Assembly (NCBI GenBank): GCA_023150835.1
Contig: JAKLKB010000051.1
Span: 1-49,301, forward strand
Direction of reading: 5' to 3'
DNA from: Myxococcota bacterium
Lineage (GTDB): Bacteria; Myxococcota_C; UBA6777
Length of the DNA stretch: 49,301 nucleotides
A program made the position numbers and the translations under genes. This document shows positions 36,825 to 45,450 of the stretch, one piece after another (the first letter of the stretch is position 1; every line of letters starts with the position of its first letter). The notes under the pieces are model-generated. The model saw nothing but the letters and a program-made list of their open reading frames with translations. It was not told the DNA's origin and ran no database searches.

Positions 36825-39429
36825 GGTGTTCTCCCAACGAAAAAGGATGCCCAAAAAAAGCATCCACCAAGAAGCTTCGGGCGTTTTCTTCGCCTCTACG
36901 CAACGCAAACGCCCAATACGGGAAGGCGGCCATCTCAATATGTAATATCTCTCCACCAAAGCGCTGTTCGCACAGGGCGACGATCCCTGCCGCAGGCTTG
37001 CAGCTTTTGAGTGTTTGTGGTGGGAGCTTGAGATCCGAAGGCGCACGCGGTTGGAACGCCGTTTGGTCTTGGATATCGCCCAGTTCTGCCTCGGTTTGCT
37101 CGCTGTCCGCCACAAACCGCAACCGTCCGTGATGGATCGATAACATCGCGGCTGTTTGTGCATGATAATACAGATGCGTTTCGCACCGCTGTTGGCGTTC
37201 TTTGAGCAGCCCGATGTGACGGGTATAACGCAGCTTGATCCGCCATGTCAGCAGGTAGCGCAAGCCAAAAGACTCGACGGTCTCTTTTGACATCAGACCA
37301 AAAAGGCTCGATTCTCTCGCTCTTTTGGCCGTTTTCAGCGCTTGTTCTTGGGGAAACAGGCAAGGGACGGTCTGGATAGGACGCAATAGACCGATATCAG
37401 GCGAAAACAGATGCGCACGCAACCAATAACAATTGCTTCGCCCCATGCGTACGGACGCAACAAGCTCCTGCTTTTGAAGCTGCTTGAGCAGCTTGCGCAG
37501 GGCCAACTCGTTGATCTGGGTTTGTTCGGTGATCTCGCGCACCGTGTACACCCCGGGCGAGCGATCAAAAAAAGCCGCGAGGCTTTGGCGAACACTTTGT
37601 TGATCGAGCGACTCGTTTTCTTCGAGAGCGCCTACCGTGGAAGGCTCGTCCTCTTCGTCTTCTTCGATCCGATGGCCTCGCAACAATTCCAGTAGATCGA
37701 GGCTTTTGGGGCGCATGCTCTCCTCCTGATCTTGGCCGAGTACGCGAGGCGACCGCACGTTGTGGCTTCGTTCGATGGCGACTGGGATTGTGGCCTCTCG
37801 CTCGCTCGTTGCGGCGCTTCGTTCGCCCGTTCCCGAACTCCGCTCGCTCGTCGCAGCACCTCCTTCGCTTGTTCTTGTCTGCGCTTCTTTGGCCTTTTGC
37901 GGTCGTTGAAGCAGAGAGCGCTGTTCAGCGATCCGTTGTTGGTCGAACGGGCCGATGGAGGGTCGTATTTGTTCCATGCACTCTTCGACGCGATCTTCGT
38001 CGAGCGTTTCGTGCTGCGTCAACAGCCACCGCAGGCGGATCCGCACCACCCGCGAAAAGGCATCGGGGCATAACCAAAGAAAAGAACCCGTCTCTAAGCT
38101 CGGCAGCTTCGACAAGATCATCTCGACTCCTTCGGGCTGCATCGAACGGATGATCCCTTCGATCTTGCGGATATCTTGCTGCACAAGCATCCGCCCAAGT
38201 ACCCATGTCGAGCATTGCGCAAGCGCCGTGTAATCGATATCGCTTGGGTTTTGACTCGCAAACAAACAGCAGATCCCGTATTTTCGCGCTTGCTTGAACA
38301 AGAGCCGCAAGATCTCTTTGCTTGCCGGCTTGCGAACAGGCGGTAGATAGGGCGCGATCTCGTCGATATAGAACAGCGCTTGAGGCGTCTGCGAAGGATG
38401 TTCGATCATCCATTGGTACAGGGCTTGTGCCAACTGGCTCACAAAGAACTCTTTCTCTTCTTGGGTGTGCAGCGTGTTGAGGTAGATCACAGAGATCCGT
38501 GTTCGAGAAGAGGGGCTTGTTTCTTCGGATGGGTTCGCTTCTTTCGATGGGTTCGTTTCTTTCGATGAGTTCGTTTGTTTCGATGGGTTCGCTTCTTTCG
38601 ATGGGTTCGCTTGTTCCGATGAGTTCGCTTGTTCCGATGAGTTCGCTTGTTCCGATGAGTTCGCTTGTTCCGATGAGTTCGCTTGTTTGGAGCATACCGA
38701 GGCATCGGAGCGACCCGATCGAGGCGAAGCGGCTGTGATGCCAAGCAGTGTGGGGATATCCAAGGGGGTTCCGATATGAAAAAGCAAGCGACGTGCGCCG
38801 ATGCTGAGGACTTCGATCTTGCGCAACACTTCTTCGCGCTTTTTGGCCGAGATGATCCGAGAGACACGCGCCAGCAATTCTTCGGGCAGATCGTGCAAAA
38901 AAGCCCGAAAATCGGCCAGTCCGTACACTTCGCCATCGGTCTCCACAAGGTGTTGCAAGACCAGATCAAGGTAGGCCGAAACATAACTCCCGTCGTTGGT
39001 GTCGAGCGGATAACCCAACAAGGCTGCAAAGTTCGAAGCCACGGCGCTGATCAAGCGGATCTGGACTTCTTTTCTCAGCGGAAGATCGGCGATCCGCAGC
39101 GGATCAAGACTTAGCGGCATCCCCGCCCGACTTCCCGGTGTCCAGATCACCACCTCGATATCTCGCTGCCATCGGCGAAGTTGTTCTTGTGGGATATCGT
39201 GGAGGCGTTGATCTTGCGCTGTCGCCGGCAAGATCAAACTTGCGATGTCTCCCTGCGGATCCACCGCGATCACCGGCAAACCCGCCAAGGCGAACTCTTC
39301 GCAGAGCACTTTGCAGGCGACCGTTTTTCCACTTCCCGAGGCCCCCAAGACCACCGCGTGGCGCAAAAACACTTCTGCCCCCAACTCGACACGCTGACCC
39401 TCTTCATCGTTTCCTACAAAGATCGCCAT
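36784..39429 (-). CDS. HerA/FtsK-superfamily ATPase (DUF87/DUF853-like) with C-terminal winged-helix-like region
   Basis: RHAVVLGASGSGKT (Walker A), AVDPQGD, YIDE (Walker B), KQARKYG (Arg finger), ASQNPSDID; YTVREITEQTQINELALRKLLKQL..LV HTH-like; stop overlaps cinA start by 41 nt. Confidence 0.85.
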   Translation of the reverse strand: MAIFVGNDEEGQRVELGAEVFLRHAVVLGASGSGKTVACKVLCEEFALAGLPVIAVDPQGDIASLILPATAQDQRLHDIPQEQLRRWQRDIEVVIWTPGSRAGMPLSLDPLRIADLPLRKEVQIRLISAVASNFAALLGYPLDTNDGSYVSAYLDLVLQHLVETDGEVYGLADFRAFLHDLPEELLARVSRIISAKKREEVLRKIEVLSIGARRLLFHIGTPLDIPTLLGITAASPRSGRSDASVCSKQANSSEQANSSEQANSSEQANSSEQANPSKEANPSKQTNSSKETNPSKEANPSEETSPSSRTRISVIYLNTLHTQEEKEFFVSQLAQALYQWMIEHPSQTPQALFYIDEIAPYLPPVRKPASKEILRLLFKQARKYGICCLFASQNPSDIDYTALAQCSTWVLGRMLVQQDIRKIEGIIRSMQPEGVEMILSKLPSLETGSFLWLCPDAFSRVVRIRLRWLLTQHETLDEDRVEECMEQIRPSIGPFDQQRIAEQRSLLQRPQKAKEAQTRTSEGGAATSERSSGTGERSAATSEREATIPVAIERSHNVRSPRVLGQDQEESMRPKSLDLLELLRGHRIEEDEEDEPSTVGALEENESLDQQSVRQSLAAFFDRSPGVYTVREITEQTQINELALRKLLKQLQKQELVASVRMGRSNCYWLRAHLFSPDIGLLRPIQTVPCLFPQEQALKTAKRARESSLFGLMSKETVESFGLRYLLTWRIKLRYTRHIGLLKERQQRCETHLYYHAQTAAMLSIHHGRLRFVADSEQTEAELGDIQDQTAFQPRAPSDLKLPPQTLKSCKPAAGIVALCEQRFGGEILHIEMAAFPYWAFALRRGEENARSFLVDAFFGHPFSLGEHHAHRIDHDGRRTP
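38525..38686. repeat. In-frame 18-bp tandem repeat (~9 copies) inside the ATPase
   Basis: CGATGRGTTCGYTTSTTY units encoding EQANSS/KEANPS. Confidence 0.9.
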
Positions 39430-39452
39430 GATTCGCCTTGCATCTCTTCTGA

Positions 39453-39627
39453 TCGGACTGGCGCAGTGGGGTTGGCTTGGTTGAGTGGGGCCTTGCCCCA
39501 GACCCCACAAGGGACTGTCGCCCCTTGCCCCCCGTGTTCGCGGGGTGACCTGACGTGTTTCTCACTCACAGCGCTACCCCTTGAAGTGGCGCGAACACGG
39601 GGGTTTTTATCGACTGCGCCCTCTGAT
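39453..39627 (-). mobile_element. Family A MITE-like element
   Basis: Reverse complement: GCGCAGTCGATAAAAACCCCCGTGTTCGCGCCACTTCAAG..CAAGGGGCGACAGTCCCTTGTGGGGTCTGGGGCAAGGCCCCAC..ACTGCGCCAGTCCGA; flanks tctga/cctga. Confidence 0.8.
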
Positions 39628-39762
39628 CCTGATCGTGGGCTGTGCAACCATCGCACGGATTGTTCTTGTGCAGGGATCTTCTAGCGCATCTGTCTGCCAC
39701 AATCTAGAACGCACGCCGAACAAGTTGATCCTTCAGAAGAATACAGCCGAGACTTTTTACGG

Positions 39763-40446
39763 CTAGGCTCTGTTCGTTGCATCATCCGCTGCTTCGGGGA
39801 TTGGAAACAGGTGAGGATAATGGCGCTTCCATGCCGCGATCATCACCTCGTGCGGAAGATCAGCAAAACTGCCGTAGTGATGCAGATACTCCATATAACG
39901 CGATCCTTCCGCATCATAGGCGTGCAGCAAAGCATCGTGTTCTCCGTCAAAATCCAGCGGAGCCAACCCAAGACCCAAACAAAGATTTTGATCAAACGCT
40001 GGTGAACCCTTCACCCAACGCCCCCCAAGCCACATCTCTGCATAACCATGAAAAGCAAACACCTCCGTCTGCATCACTTCCAATAAACCCGGTGGCGACA
40101 GGTGATTGCACACATCCGAAAATCCCAACCTCGCGGGGATCCCAGCCGCCCGCGCTGCCGCCGTCAAGACGATCGCTTTCGGAACACAAAAGGTCTTGCG
40201 GCTCTCTAGGATCACCGATGCTTTCATCTGTTCGGATTCAAGGCGCACTGTGTACGGATTGTAACGAAAATGATCGCGCACTTTGTGAAACAACGCGATC
40301 GCCCGATCTTTCGGGCTTTGATCGGAAGTGATCGTGTCTTCCACAAACTCACGCACTCTCGGATGATCGCTATCGACGAAAACACCCGCAGATAGGTACA
40401 GATGATGTTCTTCTTTTGATAGATGGCTCTCTCGATCCAACCTCAT
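39763..40446 (-). CDS. Transglutaminase-like superfamily protein
   Basis: DSDHP, VRD..RYNPY, FCVPKA (Cys), GIPARLGFSDVCNHL, FAFHGY (His), WVK..PAFD. Confidence 0.9.
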   Translation of the reverse strand: MRLDRESHLSKEEHHLYLSAGVFVDSDHPRVREFVEDTITSDQSPKDRAIALFHKVRDHFRYNPYTVRLESEQMKASVILESRKTFCVPKAIVLTAAARAAGIPARLGFSDVCNHLSPPGLLEVMQTEVFAFHGYAEMWLGGRWVKGSPAFDQNLCLGLGLAPLDFDGEHDALLHAYDAEGSRYMEYLHHYGSFADLPHEVMIAAWKRHYPHLFPIPEAADDATNRA

Positions 40447-40524
40447 CCCATCCGCTCCAGTTCCTCGAAATAGACAGGAGTGCGAGTCCTCCGTCTCGGA
40501 GCAAGAACGCTCCACTCCCATCCG

Positions 40525-40694
40525 TGTGATATGTCGGCAAAAAATCCGTGTTCGCGGTCGTTGCAAGCGACAGATCCGTCTGTTTGAAAAACATCTGCTC
40601 GCTTCGCCCCTCACCGAGCCAAGGGGCCTTTCGTCCCTTGCAGGGTCTGGTACCTCGCCCCACGAAAGGCAAGAACGCTCCACCCCCCACAAAA
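40525..40694 (+). mobile_element. Family A element (degenerate)
   Basis: GTCGGCAAAAAATCCGTGTTCGCG..CAAGCGACAGA..GTTTGAAAAACATCTG..CAAGGGGC..CCCTTG..CCCCACAAAA. Confidence 0.7.
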
Positions 40695-40880
40695 GATGCT
40701 TGTTCGCGAACCGAGGTTGCGTGTGGTTTGCCCAATCGCCTCCGATCTGCGCGAGCGATGGAACGCTGCTTGCGTACAGGCCGACACTCTTTCCCCCAGC
40801 CTCTTGCAGAAAGTGGATCGCTTTGCGATCTTGGCAAGGACCAGAAAACAAGCTCACTCGTCAACAAAGGAGGATGCGGG

Positions 40881-41414
40881 ATGCGTTCGTGGCAGGGAGC
40901 GGTGCGAAGAGGAACGATCTTCGTTGTCTTTTTGGGGCTTTGTGGGTTCGGAGCCTTCGCCCAAAATACAGACGGAGACGGAGATGAAGAACAAAAACGA
41001 AAACGCGCACAACTGATCAAAGAAGCAAATTGTTTGAGAGTATGCCAAGATACGTTTCATGCTCGATTTTCTCGATGCGGTCGGGTCGATGACAGTTCGT
41101 CGTGTTATGTGTATGGCGAGCTTTATATGATCCACTGCTTGCAAAAGTGCCGCGCTCCTTGGTTTTGCAAAGGCTACGGCAAAACCTTTCAACAATGCCC
41201 AGAGAATTGCTTGAAAGATTACGCCCCCAAGTTCCAAGAAAAGCGATGGGACAAAAAGCGAAAACGTTGGATTCGTCTCAGCAAAACCCAAGTTCAGCGG
41301 CAGTTGGCTCGCGCACAGGCCGGTTGTAAGGGCGTTTGTAGTGTTTTCGATCGCTTCTGCTCGATGGATATCCCACGTATCCGAGAAAAAAAGCTCAACC
41401 CGTTGCCTCGTTAA
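40881..41414 (+). CDS. Secreted Cys-rich basic hypothetical protein
   Basis: AGGAGG RBS; signal peptide ending AFA; several Cx3C motifs. Confidence 0.7.
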   Translation: MRSWQGAVRRGTIFVVFLGLCGFGAFAQNTDGDGDEEQKRKRAQLIKEANCLRVCQDTFHARFSRCGRVDDSSSCYVYGELYMIHCLQKCRAPWFCKGYGKTFQQCPENCLKDYAPKFQEKRWDKKRKRWIRLSKTQVQRQLARAQAGCKGVCSVFDRFCSMDIPRIREKKLNPLPR

Positions 41415-41514
41415 GCGTTAGGTAAAACCTCACCCCACAAACTCAATGCCACTGCCGTTATCGTTTGATCGAACAACCCTCTCGCTGACAGAAGCAAAGA
41501 AGAAAGGTTCTGTG

Positions 41515-41883
41515 ATGCACACAAGAAAGACGCAAAAGAGCCGATGGACGACGGGCTTGGCGCTTGCCCTTGCGCTCGCTGCTCCCTCCGTCCTCGCCGA
41601 TCCACCCAAACCTGCCCCCCCCCAAAAAAATCAACCCGCACCCACGATCGATCCGAGCCAACCGATCCCTTGGATGGCGACCCCACCGCCCACCGCAACG
41701 CCCACCAACACACGCAAGCCTCCGTCAAATCGAGATGCCAAGGCTTCTGCTTCTAAAAATACCGCACCTTCGGCCAAAAAGACGGCCTCCACAGATCGCG
41801 CCCAACCACCCGCCACCAAAAAACAACGCTCGCTTGTTCGGGCCGTCTTTGGTAGCGACGACGCACCACAACTCGATCCTTAA
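41515..41883 (+). CDS. Small secreted Pro/Ala/Lys-rich hypothetical protein
   Basis: Signal peptide GLALALALAAPSVLA followed by a disordered region. Confidence 0.6.
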   Translation: MHTRKTQKSRWTTGLALALALAAPSVLADPPKPAPPQKNQPAPTIDPSQPIPWMATPPPTATPTNTRKPPSNRDAKASASKNTAPSAKKTASTDRAQPPATKKQRSLVRAVFGSDDAPQLDP

Positions 41884-42085
41884 ATGCGTCTGTTCTCGCC
41901 GAGATCCCGATCGCATCGCATGCCGCAGATACCAGAGATCCTTAAACGCTGGTGTTTGGGTCGACTGTGTCTGTCTTGCGAAAAGTTGATCCGAATCTTT
42001 TAAGGCTTCTTTCGTCTACAGTCCGCCATCCCCCAAGGGATATTACCCCAAGGACTTGAATTTATTTTCTTTTTGGAGGTTTACC

Positions 42086-43030
42086 ATGCCAAAAGTCTTT
42101 TCATGGGTTGCGTTGCCTGCGTGGATCGGAGCTTTGCTCCTGCCGTTGTCTGCGACGGCCCACACGCCCGGTCCCACCCAAGGGTATCAAGAGTGCGTAG
42201 AGATGTGTTATATCCGCGAGTGCGGCGAAGTCGGCTACAAATGCCCCACCGTCACCCAAAAGAAGATGTACCGCGCCCTTTGCGCAGGGCGTTGCAAAGA
42301 GCAGATGCGCCGCCAAGAGTTCGAACGCACCTTGGCTCCGTTGCGCCTCAAGATGCAGATGGAAGAACAACGCGCCAACCGCGCAAAAGAACTGCTCCTG
42401 CTCAAGCACAAGATCTGGCTCGAACAACAACAAGCCAAAGAACGCATCCAAAAAAGCTACGAACAAGCCCGCCAAGCTCGTGATGCCTCTCGCCGTCGCG
42501 CCACCTTCCGCAAGATGCAACTCGCTCATGAACAAGCTGTCCTTGCTCTGCGCGAAAAGTTCCGTATGAAGGAGCAGTTCTTCCAAGCCCGCCAACAAAA
42601 TCGCTCCGCAGAAGCCGAAACGGCCACAAAACAAGTCAAATTCTTGCAATCCGAACTCGAACGCGCTCGCAAAGAACGCGATGAAGCCCGTGCCAGCGCT
42701 CTTTTGCAAGAGATGAAAGAAAAGCGCAAAACCGTCGCCGTCTCAAAGAAAAAAGCCGTCGAGATGAAAGTTCAGCTTCTCCAAGCCAAAGTGCAGCAAA
42801 AAGATCAAGAACAGCGCGAGATCGAACAAGAACGCAAAGTCACCCAAGCCGAAAGACAAGAAGCCACCAAAGAAAACGATCGCGAGCGTTTACGCGCTTT
42901 GGCCCGTCGCTTGGGCGCTCTCGCTGGACAAAAAGCCGCCATCGCACAAAAACAAGACGCCGATCAAAGAGAACTCGAAAAAGCTCGTACGATGCTTTCT
43001 TCGATCAGCCAAGAACAGGGCGGGCAGTAA
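42086..43030 (+). CDS. Secreted protein with short Cys motif and long coiled coil
   Basis: GGAGG RBS; signal peptide ending ATA; six Cys then ~240 aa E/K/Q/R/A-rich helix. Confidence 0.8.
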   Translation: MPKVFSWVALPAWIGALLLPLSATAHTPGPTQGYQECVEMCYIRECGEVGYKCPTVTQKKMYRALCAGRCKEQMRRQEFERTLAPLRLKMQMEEQRANRAKELLLLKHKIWLEQQQAKERIQKSYEQARQARDASRRRATFRKMQLAHEQAVLALREKFRMKEQFFQARQQNRSAEAETATKQVKFLQSELERARKERDEARASALLQEMKEKRKTVAVSKKKAVEMKVQLLQAKVQQKDQEQREIEQERKVTQAERQEATKENDRERLRALARRLGALAGQKAAIAQKQDADQRELEKARTMLSSISQEQGGQ

Positions 43031-43051
43031 ACCACCCAAGGAGCGATATCC

Positions 43052-44284
43052 ATGAAACGCTGGTTCCCCCTTTTGGCGTTGATCGCCGTCTCCCCGATCT
43101 TACAGATGTGCCGACCCGCCATTACAGGCCCGATCTCCAAGATCTGTAGTTATGAAGGCGCGCAGCGCGGTGAGAGTGTACTTCTTCAATGCCAAGGCAT
43201 CGGCTCCGACCACTCCTCTGCGGTGATCGATGCCAAAAAAGCCGCCTCTTTTTATGTGGCTTCACGTGTCCTCAAAAGCCCCCAAGATCGCGAGCGCTTC
43301 GGCTCGGTCGAACGTTCTTTTTATAGCCGCTATAACTCGTTCCTCAACGATGTTCGTCCCGACAAAGAAATGCGTCTCGATGACGATGGCCGCGCCATCG
43401 TTCGCGTTCGCCTCCACGTCAACCGCAACGAAGTCGTCAAGTTCCTCAAAGACTACGGCGTGATCAAAGATGAAACCCCCGATGTCAAAGTCGGAAAACC
43501 TTCTGTTGGCGTCGTCATCCGCTGGAAGATGAAGACCAAAGATCCCGCATGGAACGAACTTGCTCGCAACGCTGCTGCTGAATTCTTGACCGAGCGCGGT
43601 TACAACGCCGTGGACACCAGCACGGGCGTTGGCAAAATGAACGCCCTCGAACAGCGCGTCGTTAAGTCGCAAAGCCTCCCAATGGACGAGGAGTATCGCG
43701 CTTCTTTGATGATGGGCGCCGATATCATGATCGAGGTCACCGTCTGGAACCAAAGCAAAGGCAACTCCACCAAAGGAGCTGCCGCCGTCAAAGCCTACGA
43801 AAGCACCACCAAGCGCTTGATCGGTAGCTCTTCGGCCTTTGGCGAAGAGTATCCCCTCGACAATCAACGCGAATTCCAAACCATGAAACAAGCCATCCAA
43901 AGCGCGGTCGAGCGTGTCCTTGATCAAGTCAACGGCTACTGGCAACGCGATGCCGTCGCTGGCAACCGCTACTACGTGATCGTCGCCGGAAATCTCAACT
44001 CGGCCCCCGATCTCGCCGATACCATCTCTGTCAACCTCAAGAAGATGCCCGGTGTCGCTGAGTTTAACCGCGAAACCGCCACTTCTTCCCGCGTGATCGT
44101 GTACTTCCAATCCAAACTCGATAACGTCGAGATGAGCCTCGCCCTCAAACGCACCCTGCGCGAAACCCAAGGCGTCGCCTTCCTCAAAGTCCCGATCTCC
44201 ACACGCAAGTTCTTCTTGATCACGATCAATCACAAACAAAACCTCAGCAGCAAAGACCCCGACTCCCTCCCCGCTGGACTGTGA
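43052..44284 (+). CDS. Putative lipoprotein (LPP20/FlgT/DUF6175-like)
   Basis: AAGGAG RBS; N-terminal hydrophobic stretch then Cys; GIGSD..AVIDAKKAA, FLTERGY..VD, GADIMIEV, VKAYESTT pattern. Confidence 0.65.
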   Translation: MKRWFPLLALIAVSPILQMCRPAITGPISKICSYEGAQRGESVLLQCQGIGSDHSSAVIDAKKAASFYVASRVLKSPQDRERFGSVERSFYSRYNSFLNDVRPDKEMRLDDDGRAIVRVRLHVNRNEVVKFLKDYGVIKDETPDVKVGKPSVGVVIRWKMKTKDPAWNELARNAAAEFLTERGYNAVDTSTGVGKMNALEQRVVKSQSLPMDEEYRASLMMGADIMIEVTVWNQSKGNSTKGAAAVKAYESTTKRLIGSSSAFGEEYPLDNQREFQTMKQAIQSAVERVLDQVNGYWQRDAVAGNRYYVIVAGNLNSAPDLADTISVNLKKMPGVAEFNRETATSSRVIVYFQSKLDNVEMSLALKRTLRETQGVAFLKVPISTRKFFLITINHKQNLSSKDPDSLPAGL

Positions 44285-44290
44285 TCCCTC

Positions 44291-44845
44291 TTGCGTACCC
44301 CATCGCCTCCTCTCTCCCCATCACCTCCTCCTATCGCTCCTTCCATTCCCGTTTCTTCTCCTGATCCCGCGATAACGGCTTCCGCTCTCTCTTCTTCCCC
44401 TGCACGTTATCCCGTTGTTCCCGCCGATTTCTTGATCCATCCTTATCCCGTCCTTGCTGCGGCGCTGATCCTCTTTAACAACCTCTACCTCAAACGCCAT
44501 CACCCCGGTTTTTTGAGCGGCAAACTCTCCGATATCGGGATCTGTTTTCTCTTGCCTCTGATCTTGGTCGCCCTCTCTGAGTGGGCAACATGGCTGTATT
44601 GCCGATGCCTTGGGCGTCTTTGGACCCCGACCCGCTCTCGCCTCCACCTCTTCGCCTGTCTTGTCTCCGCTCTCTACTTCTCCGCCCTCCAACTCTCCGA
44701 TGTCTGGGCTGCTTGGCACATCCTGTTCGTTCAAACTCTCCTGCCTCGCATTCGCGCTGGTGTCACTCCCGATCCCACCGACCTGTTCGCCTTGGTCATG
44801 ATCCCCCTCGCTTGGCGCTTTTTGGCCGCTTTTCGAACGTCGTGA
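44291..44845 (+). CDS. Small membrane protein (hypothetical)
   Basis: Hydrophobic segments with NNLYLK, SGKLSDIG, DPTDL motifs; start uncertain, probably downstream of 44291. Confidence 0.65.
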   Translation: MRTPSPPLSPSPPPIAPSIPVSSPDPAITASALSSSPARYPVVPADFLIHPYPVLAAALILFNNLYLKRHHPGFLSGKLSDIGICFLLPLILVALSEWATWLYCRCLGRLWTPTRSRLHLFACLVSALYFSALQLSDVWAAWHILFVQTLLPRIRAGVTPDPTDLFALVMIPLAWRFLAAFRTS

Positions 44846-44850
44846 CGTTC

Positions 44851-44940
44851 TTTTGGCGAAGAGATCACAGGTCTTTCCACACGAAGACTCTGTCGCTTGG
44901 GCGTTCGCGAACGTGGGGTTTTTTGCCGACGAGACGACTT
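44851..44940 (-). mobile_element. Family A element (5' half only)
   Basis: Reverse complement: GTCGGCAAAAAACCCCACGTTCGCG..CAAGCGACAGAGTCTTCGTGTGGAAAGACCTGTGATCTCTTCGCCAAAA. Confidence 0.7.
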
Positions 44941-44965
44941 CTGTCTTGGCTTTGGTGGAACAAAA

Positions 44966-44986
44966 TGTAACACCTAACGTTACAAT
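44966..44986 (+). promoter_or_regulatory. Inverted-repeat operator overlapping a -10 box upstream of higB
   Basis: TGTAAC-N7-GTTACA (44966-44984) overlapping TACAAT (44981-44986), 28 nt before the TTG start. Confidence 0.6.
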
Positions 44987-45014
44987 GAAACACCCACAAA
45001 GCGAGGAGCGGAAG

Positions 45015-45239
45015 TTGATTCGAAACTTTGGAGATAAGGATTTGGAAAAGTGTTGGGTGGATGGGAAATGCGCCTCGGTTCGAGGCGATTTGAGGGAGCG
45101 CGTGTTAAGGAAGTTGGATCTTGTGTATGCGGCGACTTGCGTCGAGGAGCTGAATAACCCTCCAAGCAACCGCCTTCATCAGCTTCATGGGGAGTTGGAA
45201 GGGTACTGGGCGATTCGTGTGAGTGGCGCTTGGCGCTTA
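45015..45239 (+). pseudogene. higB: HigB (RelE/ParE-superfamily) toxin truncated by a Family B element; no antitoxin gene follows
   Basis: GAGGAG RBS, TTG start; IRNFGDKDLE..RKLDL..AAT..EL..PPSNRLHQLHGELEGYWAIRVSGAWRL, then homology stops at the element; frame stays open to 45440. Confidence 0.8.
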
Positions 45240-45348
45240 TACGAAATCCGCCCATTGTGTGATCGTAAAAATGTAGGGGCAGCCCCCTGTGGCTGCCCGA
45301 CAATCGGGCTTCTACGTACTCTCCTTTGTGATTACATTTGGATTTCTG
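45240..45348 (+). mobile_element. Family B element
   Basis: TACGAAATCCGCCCATTGTGTGATCGTAAAAATGTAGGGGCAGCCCCCTGTGGCTGCCC..CTACGTACTCTCCTTTGTG; right end decayed. Confidence 0.85.
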
Positions 45349-45450
45349 GGAAGCGGAAGTGCAAAAATCGGAAGAACACAACAAGATCAAGCCGCACGAT
45401 CCAAACCAACTACTCCCTGCGTAGTCCCGCGTTTTTTTGAGGCATAGGCA

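Noticed and set aside
40447-40880. N-terminal extensions of ORFs 39763-40857 and 40548-41414
   Set aside because: They cross a Family A element and a divergent intergenic region; better starts exist at 40446 and 40881
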